NCBI GenBank assembly: GCA_964489445.1 | Contig: CAZAYU010000003.1 | Location: 65,172-129,171 of the forward strand | Length of the DNA stretch: 64,000 nt | Reading direction: 5' to 3' | From: an uncultured Planctomycetia bacterium | Lineage (GTDB): Bacteria > Omnitrophota > Gorgyraeia > Duberdicusellales > 4484-171 | Shown: piece after piece, positions 48,609 to 57,776 of the stretch | Layout of the letters: the number at the start of each line of letters is the position of its first letter | Position numbering within the stretch: the first letter of the stretch is position 1 | Position numbers and translations under genes: made by a program | Notes under the pieces: model-generated | What the model was told of the DNA's origin: nothing | Seen by the model: the letters and a program-made list of their open reading frames with translations, nothing else | Databases searched by the model: none

Positions 48609-50231
48609 ATGAGTTATAGCAAAAATTATTCATTTAAAGCAGTTATTTTTGATTTAGACGGAGTAGTTACCAAAACCGCTCTTGTGCATGCAGCAGCATG
48701 GAAAGAGGCTTTTGATGAATATTTACATTTAAGACAGACAAGAGATAAAGAGCCTTTTTGTGAATTTACTCATCAGAATGATTATCTTCCTTATGTTGAT
48801 GGTAAACCACGCTATAAAGGAGTAAAAAGCTTTTTGGAGTCAAGAGGTATTAATATTCCTTACGGAGAACCCACTGATTCACAGGATACCGAGAGTATTT
48901 GCGGTATAGGAAACAAAAAGAATGCAAAGTTTTGTCAAGTCTTAAGAGCTAAAGGGGTTGAAGTTTATCCTTCAACTATCCAGCTAATAAAATCTTTAGA
49001 AAGCGCAGGGGTAAAAATAGGAGTAGCTTCTTCTTCAAAAAACTGTAAAGAAATTTTAGAGGTTGCCAATATCGAAGATTTTTTTAAAACGAGAGTGGAT
49101 GGTGTAGTTTCTGTTGAGTTAGGCCTTAAAGGAAAGCCCGAAGGAGATATTTTTACAACAGCAGCTTTTAACCTTGGAGTTGTGCCGTCTGAGTCAGTAG
49201 TTGTTGAGGATGCATCTTCAGGTGTGGCTGCTGGCAGAAATGGTGGTTTCGGATTAGTTATTGGCTTAGCTAGAGAGAATAATCAGAAGGAATTACTTGA
49301 GAATGGAGCTGATTTAGTAGCTACAGATTTAGCAGAAATAAATTTAGCGTTAATTGAACAATGGTTTCATAAAAAACCGAAAGATTTATTCCAGAATTGG
49401 GATAAAGAAAGCAAAGAAATAGAATCGTTAGAAGGCAAAGAAAAAGAAACAGAAGTAATTATTAATCCTTTTTATTTAAACAGCGGGAAGTCTCATCTTT
49501 TTAGTGGCAGAAAGATAGTTTTTTTTCTAGATTATGATGGAACTTTAACACCGATAGTCTCACGTCCGGAGCTAGCAGTGATTTCTAAAGATATGCAAGA
49601 CATCATAAAAGAATTATCTAAAAAATATACTACTGCAATTGTAAGTGGGAGAATGAGGGAAGACGTTGAGAAGCTTGTTGGTATTCCGGGATTAGTTTAT
49701 GCTGGAAGTCATGGGTTTGATATTAAAGGTCCGCAAGTTTCAATGGTTGAACCTCAGGCGGAGAAGACTATACCACTAGTTTCTAAGATAACCGAAAGGC
49801 TCAAAAAAGAATTGTCTACTATCGAGGGAGTGATAATAGAGGAGAAAAAGTTTAGCATGGCGGTGCATTATCGCTTAGCTAGCGAAAAAGAAGTTTCCGG
49901 AATAAAATTATTAGTCCAAGAATTAATTCAAGAAAATAAAAGTTTACGATTAATGGAAGGAAAAAAAGTTTTTGAAATTCTTCCAGCTATAGATTGGAAC
50001 AAAGGCAAAGCAGTAAGGTGGATTATGCAGTCAATAAATATAAAGTGGGATTGTTCATCAGTAGTTTATATTGGTGATGACACGACAGATGAAGATGCAT
50101 TTAGAATAGTTAAGAGCAGAGGAACTGGAATTTTAGTTTCTTCTGTTAGTAAAGCATCAGCAGCTGATTTTTTATTAACATCACCGAAAGAGGTTAAAAA
50201 ATTATTTGAAAGAATCATCAACCATGACTAA
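48609..50231 (+). CDS. bifunctional beta-phosphoglucomutase-like HAD hydrolase / trehalose-6-phosphate phosphatase
   Basis: N-terminal 'FDLDGVVTKTALVHAAAWK...GVASSSKN...VEDASSGVAAG' beta-PGM motifs. C-terminal 'FFLDYDGTLTPIV...GDDTTDEDAF' OtsB-type motifs. Confidence 0.75.
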   Translation: MSYSKNYSFKAVIFDLDGVVTKTALVHAAAWKEAFDEYLHLRQTRDKEPFCEFTHQNDYLPYVDGKPRYKGVKSFLESRGINIPYGEPTDSQDTESICGIGNKKNAKFCQVLRAKGVEVYPSTIQLIKSLESAGVKIGVASSSKNCKEILEVANIEDFFKTRVDGVVSVELGLKGKPEGDIFTTAAFNLGVVPSESVVVEDASSGVAAGRNGGFGLVIGLARENNQKELLENGADLVATDLAEINLALIEQWFHKKPKDLFQNWDKESKEIESLEGKEKETEVIINPFYLNSGKSHLFSGRKIVFFLDYDGTLTPIVSRPELAVISKDMQDIIKELSKKYTTAIVSGRMREDVEKLVGIPGLVYAGSHGFDIKGPQVSMVEPQAEKTIPLVSKITERLKKELSTIEGVIIEEKKFSMAVHYRLASEKEVSGIKLLVQELIQENKSLRLMEGKKVFEILPAIDWNKGKAVRWIMQSINIKWDCSSVVYIGDDTTDEDAFRIVKSRGTGILVSSVSKASAADFLLTSPKEVKKLFERIINHD

Positions 50232-52656
50232 AACTAATATTAGTAGGAAAGCTTCTCCATGGGCGATAGTTTACGAACAATTTAATCCTGCCGAAGAAAA
50301 TTTAAGAGAATCTTTATGTACTTTGGGGAATGGGTACTTTGGCACGCGGGGAGCAATATCGGAATCTGTTGCTTCTAAAATTCATTATCCAGGGACATAT
50401 CTTGCCGGTTTGTATAATCGTTTAATAACCAATGTAGCGGGAAAAAGAGTTACTAATGAAGATTTAGTAAATTGCCCTAATTGGGTTTTTTTAACGTTTA
50501 AGATTGGAGACGGTGAGTGGTTTCTTCCAACAGCTAGTAAAATTTTATCTTTTCATCAAAAGCTAGACATGAGAAGAGGAGTTTTGACTAGGAAGATTCG
50601 TTTTCAAAACAAAAAAAAGCAAAGAACCTTTGTAGAAACTAACAGAATTGTCCACATGGCAAATCATCATTGTGCTGCTTTAGAGTACACAATAATTCCG
50701 GAGAATTATAACGAATGGATTACTGTTCGAACGATGTTAGACGGAACAGTGCTGAACACTGGTGTAGAGCGGTATAAACAACTTAATTCTAAGCATTGGA
50801 AATCTGTCTCTTTAGGAAGCTTTGAACGAAATGGTATTTTTCTATCAATGAAGACTAGCCAATCACGGGTAGAACTTTGCGAGGCGGCAAAAATACGTAT
50901 TTTCACTAACGATAAAGAAATTAAACCAGTGATTCGGCATTTAATGAAAGGTAAGGAAAGAATCGGACAGGAGTTTAAATTTTTTGCTCGTGAACGGCGT
51001 TCGTATACTATTGAAAAAATTGTTTCACTCTACACATCTAAAGATGAAGTAGGAGGTAATCTTCTTTCTTTAGCTAAAAAGGCGCTAAAGAAACCGCAAA
51101 GGTATCATACTCTTTTAAAATCGCATCAGAAAGCCTGGGAAGATTTATGGGATAAATTTGATATTAAAGTTGAAGGGCACTCTTTTTCACAAAGGGCCTT
51201 AAGGTTCCATATTTTTCATCTTTTGCAAACAGCATCTTTACATCGGATTTATGTTGATGCTGGCCTTCCGGCACGTGGTTTGCATGGAGAAGCTTACCGC
51301 GGGCATATATTTTGGGATGAGCTTTTTGCGATACCTTCTTATAATATTCATTATCCAGAAATATCTAAAGCGCTATTGATATATCGATATAAACGGCTAG
51401 CAAAAGCCTGGGAATATGCAAAAAAAGAAGGTTATCAAGGAGCGATGTTTCCTTGGCAAAGCGGGTCTTCCGGCAAAGAGGAAACTCAAGTTGTTCATTT
51501 AAATCCATTATCTGGACAATGGGGGCCGGATAATAGTCGAAAACAAAGACATATTTCTTTTGCGATTGTTTACAATGTCTGGGAATACTGGAGAGTTACT
51601 GGAGATTTTGCGTTTTTGATTCGTTATGGTGGAGAAATGATTTTGTCTATTGCTCGTTTTTGGACTAGTTTGGTTAAATATGATCCTTCAGACGGCCGGT
51701 ATCATACTCGTGGTGTAATGGGCCCCGATGAATTCCATGAGAAAATTCCTGGGTCACTTCGCTCAGGATTAAAAGACAATGCCTACACTAATTTAATGAT
51801 AGTTTGGACTCTTTTAAAAGCCCAAGAAATAATAAAGATTCTTCCGGAAGGACGAAAGAAGCGAATTATGAAGAAGATAAAACTGGAGCAGAAGGAATTT
51901 TATCGGTGGAGTGATATTATTCATAAAATGGCGTTAGTAGTAAATGCAGACAGTGTAATCAGCCAGTTTGCCGGGTATTTTAAATTAAAAGAGTTAGATT
52001 GGAAAGGATATAGAGAAGAATATGGCGATATTCAGCGCTTAGACAGGATACTAAAAGCGGAAGGAAAATCTCCAGATAACTATAAAGTTTCTAAGCAGGC
52101 AGATGTGCTAATGATGTTTTATCTTTTACCTATTTCAGAGATAAAAGATATTTTTCAAAGATTAGGTTATAAATTTTGTGAAGATACTTTAAGGAAAAAT
52201 TATAATTATTATGTCAAAAGAACTTCTCATGGGTCATCCTTAAGCAGGGTAGTTACTTGTTTTTTAGCACAATCTTTAAATAAACCGAAAGAAGCATGGC
52301 AAAACTTCTTAGATGTTTTAAACTCTGATATTAATGATGTTCAGGGAGGAACAACAGGAGAGGGAATTCATATTGGAGTTATGGGTGGGTCTATAGATAT
52401 TGTAACAAGAGGATTTGCTGGTCTAAAGATGATTAGGGATAAAATAAAGCTCGACCCTAAGTTGCCGAAAAGCTGGCGAAACCTAAAATTTAAATTTATT
52501 TATAAAGGAACTTGGATTTCAGTATCTTTAAGCCGTTATCAAGCAGGAGTGATAGAACAAGGGCAAGTTGCTGTTCCAGTAGAAATTAACGGGAAAATAT
52601 ATTATCCACTTTTAGGAAAAAAATTAAAAGTTTCTCTAAAAAAAAGGAAAGGATAG
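50224..52656 (+). CDS. glycoside hydrolase family 65 disaccharide phosphorylase (trehalose / trehalose-6-P / kojibiose / maltose phosphorylase family)
   Basis: N-terminal beta-sandwich. Catalytic (alpha/alpha)6 domain with 'YRGHIFWDELFAIP' and 'MFPWQSGSSGKEET' GH65 blocks. The ATG at 50224 overlaps the upstream stop by 8 nt. Confidence 0.85.
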   Translation: MTKTNISRKASPWAIVYEQFNPAEENLRESLCTLGNGYFGTRGAISESVASKIHYPGTYLAGLYNRLITNVAGKRVTNEDLVNCPNWVFLTFKIGDGEWFLPTASKILSFHQKLDMRRGVLTRKIRFQNKKKQRTFVETNRIVHMANHHCAALEYTIIPENYNEWITVRTMLDGTVLNTGVERYKQLNSKHWKSVSLGSFERNGIFLSMKTSQSRVELCEAAKIRIFTNDKEIKPVIRHLMKGKERIGQEFKFFARERRSYTIEKIVSLYTSKDEVGGNLLSLAKKALKKPQRYHTLLKSHQKAWEDLWDKFDIKVEGHSFSQRALRFHIFHLLQTASLHRIYVDAGLPARGLHGEAYRGHIFWDELFAIPSYNIHYPEISKALLIYRYKRLAKAWEYAKKEGYQGAMFPWQSGSSGKEETQVVHLNPLSGQWGPDNSRKQRHISFAIVYNVWEYWRVTGDFAFLIRYGGEMILSIARFWTSLVKYDPSDGRYHTRGVMGPDEFHEKIPGSLRSGLKDNAYTNLMIVWTLLKAQEIIKILPEGRKKRIMKKIKLEQKEFYRWSDIIHKMALVVNADSVISQFAGYFKLKELDWKGYREEYGDIQRLDRILKAEGKSPDNYKVSKQADVLMMFYLLPISEIKDIFQRLGYKFCEDTLRKNYNYYVKRTSHGSSLSRVVTCFLAQSLNKPKEAWQNFLDVLNSDINDVQGGTTGEGIHIGVMGGSIDIVTRGFAGLKMIRDKIKLDPKLPKSWRNLKFKFIYKGTWISVSLSRYQAGVIEQGQVAVPVEINGKIYYPLLGKKLKVSLKKRKG

Positions 52657-52886
52657 CAATATTGGGCTGTGCTATTACAAAGCAGTAGAAGCTATTTTGA
52701 GTAACCTCCCCTGTTGATTAAAATATACTAAAATCCTTGCCAATCAACTAATATTATGGTAAATTCCTTCTATATTCAACCAGCTTTCTAAAAAGCTGAG
52801 CAGATTTTATTAAAAACTAAATAATAAGGAAAAAGTCTTTTTAGAAAGTACAGGTTAAGAATAATATTAATTAAGGAGTATGCATA

Positions 52887-54761
52887 ATGAATAATAATTA
52901 TCTTGATTTACTACGAAATAAGATTGATCCAGAAAATTTAGAGAAGATTACTTGTTTAAATAATGCAGAAGTAGTCGAATTTATTGGAGAATATTTAGAG
53001 CTTTGTAATCCAAAGTCAGTGTTTGTAAGGACAGACTCGCCAGAAGATAGTCGCTATATTAGAGAACAATCTTGCGTCTTGGAAGAGGAAAGGAAGTTAA
53101 ATTTTAAAGGGCAAACTATTCATTTTGATGGTTATCTTGATCAAGCCAGGGATAAAAAAAATACTCGCTATCTTATTCCTCAAGAATCAAAGTTTGGTAA
53201 ATATTTAAACAGTGTTAACAAGCAAAAAGGTATTGCCGAGATTAAAGATATACTAAAGAATTGTATGGTGGATAAACAAATGCTAATTTGTTTTTTTTGT
53301 TTAGGGCCATTAGATTCTCCTTTTTCGATTTTAGCAGTGCAGATCACAGATTCTTTTTACGTTGCTCATTCCGAGGATATTTTGTATCGCTCGGGGTATG
53401 AGCAGTTTAAAAAGAGGGGGGGAGATTTTTTTAAGTTTGTGCATAGCGCCGGTGAATTAGAAAACTGTGTAAGTAAAAATGTGGATAAGCGTAGAGTGTA
53501 TATTGATTTAGAAAATAATTTAGTGTATAGCACGAATACTCAGTACGCGGGTAATACAGTGGGTCTTAAAAAACTTGCTTTGCGTTTAGCAATTAAAAAA
53601 GCTTATCGTGAAGGTTGGCTTGCTGAACATATGTTTTTAATGGGAGTAAAAGACTTAGATAACAATAAAGCTTATTTTTGTGGGGCTTATCCAAGCATGT
53701 GTGGAAAAACATCCACAGCGATGCTTTCAGGTGAATCAATAGTCGGAGACGACATTGCTTACTTAAGAGTGATAAATGGGAAAATGATGGCGGTTAATGT
53801 AGAAAGAGGTATTTTTGGGATAATTAAAGGTATTAACCGGAAAGACGATGAAGTTATCTTTAAATCATTAGAAGAAGAAGAAGAAGTTATTTTTTCCAAT
53901 ATTTTAGTGGACGATGGTGACCCTTCTTGGATTGGAAAAGGGGGTTCTGTTTCCCATAAAGGAGTTAATTATTCTGGTGAGTGGTTTCCCGGAAAAACCG
54001 ATCAGGAAGGCAATGAAATACCGCTTTCTCATAAAAATGCCCGATATACAATCCGTTTAAGTGAGTTAGATAATGTTGATAGTAACTTAGAGAATCCTCA
54101 AGGAGTAAATATAAAAGGAATTATTTATGGTGGGAGAGATTCAGACACCTCTGTTCCTGTAGAACAGGCATTATCATGGAGTCAGGGGATTATTACCAAA
54201 GCCGCCAGTTTAGAATCAGAGACAACAGCTGCTACTTTAGGACAAGAGGGGGTAAGGGTTTTTAATCCTATGTCGAATATTGATTTTTTATCCATTTTAT
54301 TGGGAGAATATATCGAAGCCAATTTAAAGCTTGAAAAATTATTAAAAGATGTTCCGCTAATATTCTCAGCCAACTATTTTTTAAAAGGTAAAAAAGGTGA
54401 GTTCTTAAATGGTATGCAGGACAAGAAAATATGGATTAAGTGGATTAGGCTGAGAGCAGATAACCGGCTAGAAGCTTTGCTTACTCCTACAGGTCTAATT
54501 CCTTGCTATGATGATTTAAAGTATTTGTTTCAGAAAGTTCTGGATAAAGATTATTCAAAAGATGAATACATTGAACAGTTTACGTTAAGGATACCGGAGA
54601 ATTTGGACAAAATAGAAAGAATAATTAATATTTATAAAAAATTAGAAAAAATACCAGAAATTCTATTTACTGAATTAGAAAATCAACGTAATCGATTAAC
54701 TAAATGCCAAGATCAATTTGGAAAATACGTTTTTCCAGATAAATTTGGAAAACAGGAATAA
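52887..54761 (+). CDS. pckG: phosphoenolpyruvate carboxykinase (GTP)
   Basis: 'FCGAYPSMCGKTSTAML' kinase-1a P-loop of GTP-PEPCK; full length. Confidence 0.9.
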   Translation: MNNNYLDLLRNKIDPENLEKITCLNNAEVVEFIGEYLELCNPKSVFVRTDSPEDSRYIREQSCVLEEERKLNFKGQTIHFDGYLDQARDKKNTRYLIPQESKFGKYLNSVNKQKGIAEIKDILKNCMVDKQMLICFFCLGPLDSPFSILAVQITDSFYVAHSEDILYRSGYEQFKKRGGDFFKFVHSAGELENCVSKNVDKRRVYIDLENNLVYSTNTQYAGNTVGLKKLALRLAIKKAYREGWLAEHMFLMGVKDLDNNKAYFCGAYPSMCGKTSTAMLSGESIVGDDIAYLRVINGKMMAVNVERGIFGIIKGINRKDDEVIFKSLEEEEEVIFSNILVDDGDPSWIGKGGSVSHKGVNYSGEWFPGKTDQEGNEIPLSHKNARYTIRLSELDNVDSNLENPQGVNIKGIIYGGRDSDTSVPVEQALSWSQGIITKAASLESETTAATLGQEGVRVFNPMSNIDFLSILLGEYIEANLKLEKLLKDVPLIFSANYFLKGKKGEFLNGMQDKKIWIKWIRLRADNRLEALLTPTGLIPCYDDLKYLFQKVLDKDYSKDEYIEQFTLRIPENLDKIERIINIYKKLEKIPEILFTELENQRNRLTKCQDQFGKYVFPDKFGKQE

Positions 54762-54763
54762 CT

Positions 54764-55636
54764 ATGGCTCTTGAAGGATTAAAAATATTTAAAAAGGGAA
54801 AGGTTCGTGACGTGTATGATTTAGACGAGCAGTTGCTAATGGTAGCTACTGACCGTATTTCTTGTTTTGATGTTATCTTGCCTACTTTGATTCCGGACAA
54901 AGGTAGAATATTAACTCAAACATCGTTGTTTTGGTTTTCTTATTTAGATGAGTTAGTGGAAAATCATCTTATCTGTGCGGACACAAAGAAATTACCCGTT
55001 TCCTTACAAAAGTTTAGTGAAGATTTACAAGGAAGATTTATGATCACTAAAAAATGTGATGTTGTTCCGTTTGAGTGTGTGGTTAGAGGCTATTTGGCTG
55101 GTTCGGGGCAGAAAGAGTATCAGAAATCACAAAGTGTTTGTGGTATTGATTTGCCTTCAGGGTTAGGAGAATCAGCGAAACTGCCCCAGGTAATATTTAC
55201 GCCTGCTACTAAAGCAGAATCTGGCCATGATGAAAATGTAAGTTTTAAATATATGAAAAGTGTAATTGGTGAAGATTTAGCAGAAAAGCTAAGAAAATTA
55301 AGTATTGATATTTACAGCAAAGCTTCTGCATATGCAGAACAAAAAGGGGTAATTATTGCTGATACAAAATTTGAATTTGGCACATTAAATGGTAAAATTA
55401 TACTAATTGATGAGGTGCTAACACCAGATTCTTCTCGTTTTTGGCCTCAAGATGCTTTTGTTGAAGGAAAATCTCAAGCAAGCTTTGATAAACAATTTGT
55501 TCGTGATTATTTAGAAACCCTTGATTGGGGCAAAACTGCACCAGCTCCGGAATTACCAGAGGAGATAGTTAGTAAAACAAAAGATAAATATAAGCAAATT
55601 TACAAAATGCTTGTTGGCAAGCAATTCAATAGTTAA
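54764..55636 (+). CDS. purC: phosphoribosylaminoimidazole-succinocarboxamide synthase
   Basis: 'GKVRDVYDL...LLMVATDRISCFDVIL' SAICAR synthetase signature. Confidence 0.9.
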   Translation: MALEGLKIFKKGKVRDVYDLDEQLLMVATDRISCFDVILPTLIPDKGRILTQTSLFWFSYLDELVENHLICADTKKLPVSLQKFSEDLQGRFMITKKCDVVPFECVVRGYLAGSGQKEYQKSQSVCGIDLPSGLGESAKLPQVIFTPATKAESGHDENVSFKYMKSVIGEDLAEKLRKLSIDIYSKASAYAEQKGVIIADTKFEFGTLNGKIILIDEVLTPDSSRFWPQDAFVEGKSQASFDKQFVRDYLETLDWGKTAPAPELPEEIVSKTKDKYKQIYKMLVGKQFNS

Positions 55637-55671
55637 AAGATAGAATATTATATAACCAAGAGCTAATTATC

Positions 55672-56463
55672 ATGAAAATAATAGTATGTATTAAACAAGT
55701 TCCGGATACAACAGATGTAAAAATAAATCCAGAGACAAATACCTTAATCAGAGAAGGCGTCGAGTCAATAATCAATCCTTTTGATATGTATGCTTTGGAG
55801 GAAGCGCTAAAACTTAAAGAACGTTTTGGTGGAGAAGCTATAGCAATTACTATGGGGCCTCCGCAAGCTGGACAAGTGTTAAAAGAAGCAATCTCTTTAG
55901 GAATTGATTCAGTGATTCATCTTTCTGATCGAGTGTTTGCTGGTTCTGATACCTGGGCTACTGGTTTAATTCTAGCTAAGGCTATTGAAAAAATAAATGA
56001 CTATGATTTAGTTATTTGCGGAAAACAGGCCTCTGATGGGGATACTGCTCAAGTTGGGCCAGGAATTGCTACACATCTTAATTTACCACAAGCTACTTAT
56101 GTGCGTAGGATAGATACAATCCATATGGATACTTCTCCCAAGATAATTGTTGTAGAAAGGCTTCTAGAAGAAGGCTATGAATTAGTCGAGCTGCAATTTC
56201 CGGCGCTTATTACTGTAGTTAAGGAAATTAATGAGCCACGCTTACCTTCTTTACGGGGTAAGATGAAAGCCCGAAAAGCAGAAATAATTACTTGGAGTAA
56301 TAATGATTTAAATATATCAGAAAAAGAAATCGGTCTTAATGGCTCGCCAACGCAGGTAGTTAAAATTTTTACTCCACCTCAGAAAGAAGGGGGCAAAATC
56401 TTTGAAGGTGAAGCATGCGAAGCTGTTAGCCAACTAGTTGAAGAGATTAAAGAAATTTTGTAG
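55672..56463 (+). CDS. etfB: electron transfer flavoprotein beta subunit
   Basis: 'MKIIVCIKQVPD' typical EtfB/FixA start; full-length match. Confidence 0.9.
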   Translation: MKIIVCIKQVPDTTDVKINPETNTLIREGVESIINPFDMYALEEALKLKERFGGEAIAITMGPPQAGQVLKEAISLGIDSVIHLSDRVFAGSDTWATGLILAKAIEKINDYDLVICGKQASDGDTAQVGPGIATHLNLPQATYVRRIDTIHMDTSPKIIVVERLLEEGYELVELQFPALITVVKEINEPRLPSLRGKMKARKAEIITWSNNDLNISEKEIGLNGSPTQVVKIFTPPQKEGGKIFEGEACEAVSQLVEEIKEIL

Positions 56464-56503
56464 TTGTTTATTGTTATGTTGATAAATATAAATTAAGGAA
56501 AGA

Positions 56504-57694
56504 ATGGCTGGGATTAAGATAATAAAAGATAAATGTGTAGGGTGCAGCTTGTGTGTTTCTGCTTGCCCGCAAGGTGCTATTCGCCTAGAAGATAAAAAAG
56601 TAATTATTGACTTAGATAAGTGTAATTTTTGTGCAGCTTGTATAAGCAGCTGTAACTTTAAAGCTATCGAAATTACGCGTGATGAATTTTCTAAGCAAGA
56701 CATTTCACAATATAAAGGAGTTTGGGTTTTTGCCGAACAAAGAGAAGGAGTTATCGCAAGTGTAGTGTATGAATTATTAAATAAAGCAAAAGAGCTGGCC
56801 AAAGATTTAGACACTTATGTTGGTGTGGTTTTATTAGGAGAAAATATTGAAGATAGAACAAAAGAGCTAATCCAACGAGGGGCTGATAAAGTATTTGTAG
56901 GTAGCTCAACTGTTTTTAAACATTATATCGCTGAAAATTACACAAAGGCGATAGTGAGCTTGATTAATAAATATAAACCAGAAATATTTTTAGCCGGAGC
57001 GACTACAACCGGAAGAAGCTTGGTGTCCAGGATTGCTGTTAACTTATATACTGGTTTAACTGCTGATTGTACAGGATTAGATATCGACAAGCAAAAAAAA
57101 ATATTAGTGCAAACTCGTCCTGCTTTTGGCGGGAATATAATGGCCCAGATAATTTGCCCTAATTATCGTCCGCAGATGGCTACAGTTAGGCATAAAGTGA
57201 TGCCGGAAGCAGAGATTGATATTAGTCGAAAAGGTGAAATTATAAAAGAAATATTCAGTGATGATCTTGAAGATAAAAGAATTAAATTCTTAGATTTTAT
57301 TAAAGAGGCAGCAGCTAATGTAAATCTATCAGAAGCAGATATTATTGTTTCCGGTGGAAGAGGGTTACAAGATCCGAAAAACTTTAAATTAATTGAAGAG
57401 TTAGCTTCTAGTTTAGGTGCGGCTGTTGGTTCATCACGTGCTTGCGTTGATGCTGGGTGGATTCCTTATTCGCACCAGGTAGGACAAACCGGAAGAACAG
57501 TTTGCCCGAAAATGTATATTGCCTGTGGTATTTCCGGGCAAATTCAGCATTTAGTGGGTATGCAATCTTCCAAAACAATCATTGCGATTAATAAAGATCC
57601 GGAAGCTCCAATATTCAAAGTAGCTAATTATGGAATTGTCGGTGATTTATTTGAAATTATTCCTTTGTTAATTAAAAAGATAAAACAGCGATGA
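56504..57694 (+). CDS. etfA: electron transfer flavoprotein alpha subunit with N-terminal 2x[4Fe-4S] ferredoxin domain (FixB-type)
   Basis: CVGCSLCVSACP and CNFCAACISSC, then the EtfA FAD domain 'SGQIQHLVGM'. Confidence 0.9.
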   Translation: MAGIKIIKDKCVGCSLCVSACPQGAIRLEDKKVIIDLDKCNFCAACISSCNFKAIEITRDEFSKQDISQYKGVWVFAEQREGVIASVVYELLNKAKELAKDLDTYVGVVLLGENIEDRTKELIQRGADKVFVGSSTVFKHYIAENYTKAIVSLINKYKPEIFLAGATTTGRSLVSRIAVNLYTGLTADCTGLDIDKQKKILVQTRPAFGGNIMAQIICPNYRPQMATVRHKVMPEAEIDISRKGEIIKEIFSDDLEDKRIKFLDFIKEAAANVNLSEADIIVSGGRGLQDPKNFKLIEELASSLGAAVGSSRACVDAGWIPYSHQVGQTGRTVCPKMYIACGISGQIQHLVGMQSSKTIIAINKDPEAPIFKVANYGIVGDLFEIIPLLIKKIKQR

Positions 57695-57776
57695 TTACTG
57701 GTAAGAAAGATATAAATAGTTTAAATCAAATATCTGTTTTTATTTTGCGATTATCTGCATTTAACAAATTAAAATT

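Noticed and set aside
52780-52797. Hairpin CAGCTTT-ctaa-AAAGCTG after the GH65 gene as a terminator
   Set aside because: The 7-bp AT-rich stem is not followed by a clean U-run. It lies within a probable pckG promoter region, so it is too weak to call.
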